DNA from: Fibrobacter succinogenes subsp. succinogenes S85
GTDB taxonomy: Bacteria > Fibrobacterota > Fibrobacteria > Fibrobacterales > Fibrobacteraceae
Length of the DNA stretch: 32,000 nucleotides
Assembly (NCBI RefSeq): GCF_000146505.1
Contig: NC_017448.1
Span: 210,001-242,000, forward strand
Direction of reading: 5' to 3'
Positions 25,703-32,000 of this stretch are shown piece by piece; position 1 is the first letter of the stretch, and the number at the start of each line of letters is the position of its first letter. Position numbers and translations under genes: made by a program. The notes beneath the pieces were generated by a model that saw only the letters and a list, made by a program, of their open reading frames with translations, was not told the origin of the DNA and made no database searches.

Positions 25703-28288
25703 TTAGCAATCACAATCTCTAAGCATCACATTGAGCTCAGCATGTTTAGAATTCAATCTGTCGACCAAATCCTGGAATGCTTTGCCGTGAACCGTCTCAT
25801 ATTTGAAAGTGTTGTCGGATCTATTTTCTATTGAAAATGAATACAGATAATAATGGCACATTTCATGCACCATCGTATTGCGGTATTTCCGGTAATCAAA
25901 TTCAAAATGGCGGCTGAATACGATGCTTAAATAGCTAGGAACAAAACAGGCCAAATAACTAGAACTATAGTCCAATTCAAAAGTCAACCGGTCTACGTCT
26001 AGCATGCCTTCAAAATAGAGCTCATTGTAGCGTTCGCAGGTTTTCCGCATAAAATCCGGCGTTATCAAAACCGGATCATGTTCCCGATAGCCAAATTCAT
26101 TTATTTCTTCATTCGTTTCTTTTCCAAGCCACTCGTTTTCTGCAATAAGACTTTTGTCTGTCGGAACGCTCCCTTGTGCGGCACGGATTCGCTCAACTTC
26201 TTTCTTGAAAAGATTCTTGATTTCATCAGGACTGATTTCCAAATCCTGCGTCCCGGACAGAGACTTATCGGCAAACGTATTAAAAACCTGCTTTTTGAAT
26301 TTGAGCAGAGTGTTGATTTTCTCGTCAATCGAATCAAGCATTAAAAGCCTGTACACCAGCACATTTCGGACCTGACCCATTCGGTATGCGCGAGAAATCG
26401 CCTGCATCTCGGCACTCGGCTTCAGCTGCGGTTCGCACAAGATGACCACATTGGCGGCCTGAATGTTCAAACCAAGCCCGCCCGCGTTGATTTGCAACGG
26501 GAGAACTGTCCCGGCAGGGGATTTTTCAAACGCATCGATAATTTCTTGCCTATGGCTCACAGGCACCGCACCCGTAATAGGCTCCATGCAAGAATCATTC
26601 AAATATGCGCAAACTTTCTTGATGGTTTCCAAGAAAAATGAAAAGACGAGAACCTTGCGGTTTTCAAATTTTGCCTGACGAACAATCTCCTTGATTCGCT
26701 TCAGCTTTCCGGACTGTTCAAAATCGTCGACATTAAAAGAAACCCGGCGCATCGTCATGAATTCTTCTTTAACAGCCGCTTCTTCGTATGCAGCCATCTC
26801 AGCATCGCCACCTTCAATCCACGATTCTTCTTCGATGAGCTCCGGCAATTCCTTCAACACATCTTCGCGCTTTCGCCGATAGTAAATCGGCGCAATCATC
26901 TGCATAAATTCTTGGCTAGTACTTTCTTTAGCAAAGCCCATCGCCATTGACGCAATCTTCGGACGGAGAATTTGCAACAAGAAGAGCATTTCTTTCGTGC
27001 GGTTTTCAAGAGCAGTACCCGTCATGAGCAGCAACCGATTTGAGTGTTTGCATATTTTGCGGACACTCACGGTGCGTTGGCTCCCCGGATTCTTGATGTA
27101 ATGCGCTTCATCGACAACAACCATCGAAATGGAATCTTTTTCAGATAATTCCAGCTGTCTCGAAGTTTCATAAGTCGTAACAGCGACTCCCCCATTCTTT
27201 TTCCACGCATCAAAATAAATAAACTTGTCCGGTCCGTGGATTTTTACGGCTGGAATATCACAAAGCTTCTGGATTTCACGAATCCAGTTCACCAAAATGC
27301 TTGCCGGGCAAATAACCATAAAATGGGTTTCACCCAAATTTTTCAATGTCACAAGTGCGGCAATCGCTTCGACCGTTTTACCGAGACCCATTTCGTCCCC
27401 TAGCAAAACTCGTCCCTGATGCAAAATAAACTTCACGCCAAGAACTTGATATTGGCGCAGCTGCGTCTTTAAGCCGTCTAAATTCGTCCGTTCGTCAAGA
27501 ATTTCCTTCGGCAATTCCGACGAAACTATTTCTTCATTGCCCAATGCGTAAGGGCAAATCCTTTCCAAGTCGGTAAAGAAAGGAATTGGCGATTGAGAAA
27601 ACGCCTCCCACGCAAACGACGGATCTGCCGTTATTAGCGTTTGCAATTCAGAGAGCAAAGACGCAGAACGCTGCCAAAAATCGCTCTCATAAAGCTCATT
27701 CAGCGAATTAAACCGGACTTTCGCCTCCTTGTTAAAGAGGAGCGTCGCCACAAACCTGAACGAACTCGTATAGGGGCGCAATGCGTTGATATTTTCAATG
27801 ACACGAGCTTCGTTTTCTTTCAAAAGTTCTTGGCATTTTTGCGCTAACGAAAGCCCATGACGATAAGCGTAAAGAGCCCGGACAAGGTCAGATGATTCCC
27901 GCGTTTTCTCGTCAACATTCAACTTCACATTGACAGATTTTCGAGCATTTTCGTAATGCTCCCCCACATACTCGACAATTTTCTTTGCATCGGCCGCAGG
28001 GACCGCAAATGCGTTGGCAAGAACGCTTTCGGACACGCCCATCAAATGAGAAGCGTTTGTGACCTTTCTTTCGGTCAAACTAAGCAAAGTTTCCGGCTCA
28101 AGATCCAGCCGCCCAAGAAACACCCCCTCAAGCTTTTCCTTGATAAGAGAGTTCAATACCGCATCGGCAGATTCTTTTACAGCGGTTTCCGCTTTAGATG
28201 TAAAATCCGAAAATGACCTCAAATCGGCCAATCGTTTTTCAAATTCACCAATCAAAAAGCGGATATTCTTTAGCGAAAACTTTTGCAT
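25703..28288 (-). CDS. SNF2-family DEAD/H helicase fused to a C-terminal SprT-like zinc metalloprotease domain
   Basis: The first ATG is at 28288 (MQKFSLKN); the track start (28297) is TTG. Helicase motifs: LGDEMGLGKT (I), VVVDEAHYIKN (II), LLMTGTALENR (III) and QAISRAYRMGQ (VI). The C-terminal 200 aa contain YNELYFEGML...MVHEMCHYY...HGKAF (SprT-like HExxH). An about 290-aa N-terminal region has unknown function. Confidence 0.85.
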   Translation of the reverse strand: MQKFSLKNIRFLIGEFEKRLADLRSFSDFTSKAETAVKESADAVLNSLIKEKLEGVFLGRLDLEPETLLSLTERKVTNASHLMGVSESVLANAFAVPAADAKKIVEYVGEHYENARKSVNVKLNVDEKTRESSDLVRALYAYRHGLSLAQKCQELLKENEARVIENINALRPYTSSFRFVATLLFNKEAKVRFNSLNELYESDFWQRSASLLSELQTLITADPSFAWEAFSQSPIPFFTDLERICPYALGNEEIVSSELPKEILDERTNLDGLKTQLRQYQVLGVKFILHQGRVLLGDEMGLGKTVEAIAALVTLKNLGETHFMVICPASILVNWIREIQKLCDIPAVKIHGPDKFIYFDAWKKNGGVAVTTYETSRQLELSEKDSISMVVVDEAHYIKNPGSQRTVSVRKICKHSNRLLLMTGTALENRTKEMLFLLQILRPKIASMAMGFAKESTSQEFMQMIAPIYYRRKREDVLKELPELIEEESWIEGGDAEMAAYEEAAVKEEFMTMRRVSFNVDDFEQSGKLKRIKEIVRQAKFENRKVLVFSFFLETIKKVCAYLNDSCMEPITGAVPVSHRQEIIDAFEKSPAGTVLPLQINAGGLGLNIQAANVVILCEPQLKPSAEMQAISRAYRMGQVRNVLVYRLLMLDSIDEKINTLLKFKKQVFNTFADKSLSGTQDLEISPDEIKNLFKKEVERIRAAQGSVPTDKSLIAENEWLGKETNEEINEFGYREHDPVLITPDFMRKTCERYNELYFEGMLDVDRLTFELDYSSSYLACFVPSYLSIVFSRHFEFDYRKYRNTMVHEMCHYYLYSFSIENRSDNTFKYETVHGKAFQDLVDRLNSKHAELNVMLRDCDC

Positions 28289-28488
28289 GATCCACAAATA
28301 TAACCAAACAAAATGACACTAAGTGTCAAAATGGAATTTTTCGTTTTCTATATAAAACGCTTTGTTGCATATAGAAAATGTTTTGACAATTTTCTCAACA
28401 GAAACAACGATATTTCAAAAATTTACACATCTTTGTTGCGTACTAAAATTATATTTCATGTTATAGGAAACAAGAAGGAGGCCTTAAC

Positions 28489-30063
28489 ATGAAAAAGAAA
28501 TGGTTGGCGGTTATAGCGTTTTCGCTATTGAGTACCGCTTGTAGCGACGACAACATCGGGAATTTTCCGAGTGCAGCGGGTGCCGAAAACCCCACAAGCG
28601 CAGGAATCGAAAGCTCAGGTATAGAAAGCTCCGCCGACAGTCCTGACGCCGAAAGCAGCTCAGCATTCTCCTCGAGTTCTGTAATGTCTTCGAGCGTTGA
28701 AAGCTCTGCAGAAAGTTCTACAGAAAGCTCCGCTGAAAGTAGCTCGGGAACAGAAAGTTCTTCAAGTGCCACGCCCAAAAGCAGCGCAACAAATTTCTTA
28801 GACACTCCCTTCGGTGACTATGAATACGCCATTACAGACAGCTACGAAGGCGGTGCTGGTGGTTTCGGAGGAGGTTTCTCCGATGCAACCACTTCTACCA
28901 AAGGCGGCGGAGCCGGCGGCTTAACAGGCGGTGCCGGTGGCGTTAGCGTAACAGGCGGATCGCCAGGCGGCGCAGGTGGAGTCGGTGGAACGAGCGGCGC
29001 GGGAGGCCTTGGTGGCACAAACAACAGAACATCAGGATTACTCACGGCGGGAGAATGGAACGACCTCGACAATTGGAAATTCTGGAGTGGTCTCCTCAAC
29101 GAAAACAAGTATTACGATAAAACAAGCTACTGGAAATTCTACCCTAAGAATCTCGTAGCCGTACAAGTTGTCGATGGCAATAACACCGCCATTGCAAATG
29201 TCCCCGTGGAACTCCTTAAGGGTGGCACTGTGCTATTCTCCACAAAGACGGATAATGCGGGCTTCGCTTACTGCTGGCAGAGCCTCTTTGCCAATGATGA
29301 TAGTGATATCGTTGAGGCAGACTATTCGCTCAACGTCAATGGAGCAAGCTATACAGAACCGGTCAAGTTTACCTCGCTGGGCGATGAACAAGTCAACGTC
29401 AACGTTGTCGTAAGTGCTGACGCCAAGCTGGCCGCAGCAAAGGCCGACATCGCATTCATCGTGGATGCTACAGGCTCCATGACCGACGAAATCCGCTTCC
29501 TTATTTCTGACCTGAATTACATTATTGACCATGCCAGTTTGGGCAATAACGTCGCTTTGCGCACTGCCGCTTTGTTCTACCGCGATGTCCAAGACGAATA
29601 CATCACCCGATACGATGATTTTTCAGACAACGTTTCTACAACTCAGGAATTTGTCGCCAAACAGAAAGCAGGCGGTGGTGGCGACTATCCCGAAGCTGTT
29701 GACTATGCACTTGAAGCATCCTTGCAAAAGCTTTCCTGGAATGAATCGGCTCGCGCACGTATTGCATTCTTGATTCTTGACGCCCCTGCTCACCATAAGG
29801 ACAACGTCATCGAAAGCCTGCAAAAATCCATTGCGCTCTTTGCCCAGAACGGCATCAAGATTATTCCGGTGGCTGCTAGTGGCGTGGACAAGGACACCGA
29901 ATTTATGCTGAGATTCTTTGAACTTGCAACGGGCGGCACGTACGTCTTCCTCACTAACGATAGCGGCATCGGAAACAAACACATCGAGGCTTCCGTCGGC
30001 GATTACGAAGTGGAAAAACTCGCCGATTTGATGGTCCGCCTCATCAAGAAATATATAGAATAA
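28489..30063 (+). CDS. Lipoprotein with Ser-rich and Gly-rich low-complexity linkers and a C-terminal von Willebrand factor A (vWA) domain
   Basis: GGAGG lies upstream. The product begins MKKKWLAVIAFSLLSTAC (lipobox). It contains (x)ESS repeats and a GGAGG-rich tract. The vWA MIDAS region is DIAFIVDATGSM...GGGDYPEAV...FLILDAPAH...IPVAASG. Confidence 0.8.
   Translation: MKKKWLAVIAFSLLSTACSDDNIGNFPSAAGAENPTSAGIESSGIESSADSPDAESSSAFSSSSVMSSSVESSAESSTESSAESSSGTESSSSATPKSSATNFLDTPFGDYEYAITDSYEGGAGGFGGGFSDATTSTKGGGAGGLTGGAGGVSVTGGSPGGAGGVGGTSGAGGLGGTNNRTSGLLTAGEWNDLDNWKFWSGLLNENKYYDKTSYWKFYPKNLVAVQVVDGNNTAIANVPVELLKGGTVLFSTKTDNAGFAYCWQSLFANDDSDIVEADYSLNVNGASYTEPVKFTSLGDEQVNVNVVVSADAKLAAAKADIAFIVDATGSMTDEIRFLISDLNYIIDHASLGNNVALRTAALFYRDVQDEYITRYDDFSDNVSTTQEFVAKQKAGGGGDYPEAVDYALEASLQKLSWNESARARIAFLILDAPAHHKDNVIESLQKSIALFAQNGIKIIPVAASGVDKDTEFMLRFFELATGGTYVFLTNDSGIGNKHIEASVGDYEVEKLADLMVRLIKKYIE
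28603..28789 (+). repeat. Coding low-complexity repeat (GAAAGCTC-type units encoding xESS)
   Basis: It encodes IESSGIESSADSPDAESSSAFSSSSVMSSSVESSAESSTESSAESSSGTESSSS. The antisense ORF 28461..28805 (ELS repeats) is a by-product of this repeat. Confidence 0.8.
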
Positions 30064-30084
30064 ATCGTAACCAATAACATACTC

Positions 30085-30121
30085 AAAGTGCCGCGGTTTC
30101 TCGTCGCGGCACTTTCTTTTT
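30085..30121 (+). terminator. Rho-independent terminator of the vWA lipoprotein gene
   Basis: AAAGTGCCGCG-gtttctcgt-CGCGGCACTTT is a perfect 11-bp stem followed by CTTTTTT. Confidence 0.75.
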
Positions 30122-30152
30122 ACAATGTCAAATCATTTCTATAGCATCAACT

Positions 30153-32000
30153 TTACTTAATCTCGTCAGAAAATTTTTTGTAGAGATTGTAGAGCAGACC
30201 GAAGAAATAAGCAACACTGAACGAAACATCAGTCGTATCATCATCATTATTCAGATAACACCAAGCTAAAGCATCGCCTTCTTCAAACACAACTTCATCT
30301 TTGGATTTGCTCAGATAGAAGTCAGCAACATACGTTTCAAGCAATACAATTTTTTCTTTCAACTTGATAAATTCTGTACTCTTGCTGGAATCTGTAAATT
30401 TATAACCATAGTCATTCTTTAAATAGCTTCGATACAGATATCTGTAAAGACTATAGAGCGTGTAGTACAGCTCGTATGACATAAATTGGTTATCTTTTCC
30501 TATTCCCATAGTCGCATCGCCAGGAATAAAGAAATCTCCGTCAAGAATCACCTGCGTTTGCACTTTAAGCAGGTTGTAATAACGTTCCCAACGCGGAATA
30601 TCGACATTCGAAAGATGAACAACATCGTCTTCTTTTTTGAATTTATCCGTATATTGTTCAAGAAGATCAATGCAGTCTTCAACTTCTTTCTTCAAATCTA
30701 CTTTTTCATAGCGTTCTTCGTCGGTTTTTGCATTTTTGTCTTTTTCAAAAAGCACTTCGCCATCATGCTTGTCAATAATATCAAAGCACTTGAATCGGTC
30801 GCAGTCTATAGAGACCATAGCTTTCGATATTTGTTTAAGAGCCCCACATGAACCCGTGTACTTACCCGCAGCAACCAATCTCAGATCCTGGAGAGTAACC
30901 ATCGTTGCTGAGCCACTTATGGCTTTAATTTGGTCAGCATTTTCAACCTTATGATAAAGTATTGCTCCATTTTTCACAACGAACAAGAAATACGAGGTTG
31001 TCGCATCTTCAGGCACTTTGAGGTACATATCGCAACTGATTTTGCTTGCAGCCCTTTCGCCATCAAAGAAAATGGATATATAATCCAGCAACGTTTCTGC
31101 AGGCATTTGTGCTGTAGAATCAGACGAAGACCTTTTCGAATGAATTTTACCATTACGGAGTTCATAAGCCGCAGAAAGGTAAGCGTTACGCCAAGTTCCC
31201 GATTCACATTGGTAACCGAGCTGCTGCAAAGCGGAAGCACACAAATCCTTCGCAACAGACTCATTTTCATCGCCAGCAAGGATGATTTGATTTGCCATAT
31301 AAGCGGCAGTCCAGAAATTTCCAGCCGCAATATCGTCGCTAATCATAGACAACATTTTTTCTTTACTGCCAGCCTGCATGTAGCGCATCATTTCTTTCGC
31401 TAACTGTTCCGGCGGAAGTTCCTGAAGATGAATGGGATTTGCATCGTACCATCCAAGATATTTCTGATAAATGGCCTTGGCATTGTGTACAGGTGTACCA
31501 TAGAAAGGCTTAAGGCTCCAGTTTTTCTGAATACCTCTCGGCAGTACAAGCATATCGGCCACTTCGTCCATCTTGTAGCCCATATTCATATAAAGTAGAG
31601 TCTGGTCGTGGATGTACTTGTAAATGGATGCTGTATCAATAATGAATTTGCGGATATCAACATCCAGCACATTACCTTTTTCATCTGTTTTGCTGCGCCA
31701 GTGAGGCCAGTTATGGCTTTGGAAAATAACATCCGTATTGTCTCCATACAAGAGAGCCGTTTGCATCAGATAACTAGCCCAAGCCTTGGCATCACGAATT
31801 TCCGCCCCACGAAGGGTGTAAAGGTTGTGGAGCGTACCGGAGCAGTTTTCGGCAAGCCACAAAGCTCTATATTCCGGGATATAATTATTCATTTCGGCAG
31901 GCGCTTCTGTCCCTGGCGTCAACTGGAATTCTACTTTAATTTTGTCAAGTATCAGTGTTGTATTTTTCGAAATTTCAATTGTCGGCTTCCCCACTGCTGA
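30153..32000 (-). CDS. Alkyl/aryl-sulfatase-like protein (end of MBL fold, dimerisation domain, SCP2-like domain) with an extra about 206-aa C-terminal module; 5' end outside the window
   Basis: The reading frame stays open to the window edge; the track start (31994) is an internal GTG. Family motifs: LHNLYTLRGAEIRDAKAWASYL, VIFQSHNWPHW, LKPFYGTPVHNAKAIYQKYLGWYDANP, and GTWRNAYLSAAYELRNG. The SCP2-like part is LLDYISIFFDGERA... Confidence 0.8.
   Translation of the reverse strand, partial: SAVGKPTIEISKNTTLILDKIKVEFQLTPGTEAPAEMNNYIPEYRALWLAENCSGTLHNLYTLRGAEIRDAKAWASYLMQTALLYGDNTDVIFQSHNWPHWRSKTDEKGNVLDVDIRKFIIDTASIYKYIHDQTLLYMNMGYKMDEVADMLVLPRGIQKNWSLKPFYGTPVHNAKAIYQKYLGWYDANPIHLQELPPEQLAKEMMRYMQAGSKEKMLSMISDDIAAGNFWTAAYMANQIILAGDENESVAKDLCASALQQLGYQCESGTWRNAYLSAAYELRNGKIHSKRSSSDSTAQMPAETLLDYISIFFDGERAASKISCDMYLKVPEDATTSYFLFVVKNGAILYHKVENADQIKAISGSATMVTLQDLRLVAAGKYTGSCGALKQISKAMVSIDCDRFKCFDIIDKHDGEVLFEKDKNAKTDEERYEKVDLKKEVEDCIDLLEQYTDKFKKEDDVVHLSNVDIPRWERYYNLLKVQTQVILDGDFFIPGDATMGIGKDNQFMSYELYYTLYSLYRYLYRSYLKNDYGYKFTDSSKSTEFIKLKEKIVLLETYVADFYLSKSKDEVVFEEGDALAWCYLNNDDDTTDVSFSVAYFFGLLYNLYKKFSDEIK

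Noticed and set aside
28461-28805. 114-aa minus-strand ORF with ELS/AEL repeats. The Ser- and Gly-coding DNA repeats at 28603-29020 were also considered as possible CRISPR-like or tandem-repeat loci.
   Set aside because: The repeats are short, degenerate and in frame within the vWA lipoprotein gene. The antisense ORF is their mirror image. No repeat-spacer periodicity is present.

Overview
The window looks like a chromosomal segment from a Fibrobacter (F. succinogenes-like) genome. The evidence is a lipoprotein with the Fibrobacter 'major paralogous domain' signature, three fibrolytic glycoside hydrolases (GH43+CBM6, GH5 mannanase-like, GH30), and about 50% GC core genes. Core content: dnaK-dnaJ (minus strand), a separately transcribed grpE, carA-carB, an FNT-family channel, and a conserved but uncharacterised radical-SAM/TIGR03915 'DNA modification/repair' gene pair. 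Two AT-rich accessory patches interrupt the core. The first (about 3.3-5.9 kb) lies between grpE/GH43 and dnaK and carries a membrane-protein ORF, a phd-parE-DUF2442 tricistron and a dinJ-like/PIN pair. The second (about 20.0-24.1 kb) carries DUF2971, the FISUMP lipoprotein, a GC-rich structured non-coding segment, an antitoxin remnant and an Rpn/PD-(D/E)XK nuclease. Further right are an SNF2 helicase fused to a SprT-like metalloprotease, a vWA lipoprotein and a 5'-truncated alkyl-sulfatase-like gene with an extra C-terminal module. The observations I rate highest are: (1) near-consensus sigma-54 -24/-12 promoters upstream of both dnaK and grpE, with no CIRCE element; (2) a roughly 200 nt multi-helix candidate ncRNA at about 22.17-22.37 kb; (3) the SNF2-SprT fusion; (4) the radical-SAM/TIGR03915 pair; (5) a terminator-containing, U-rich leader with a leader ORF upstream of carAB. 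I saw no rRNA, tRNA, CRISPR array or transposase-bounded IS. All family assignments come from motif recognition by eye, not from database searches.
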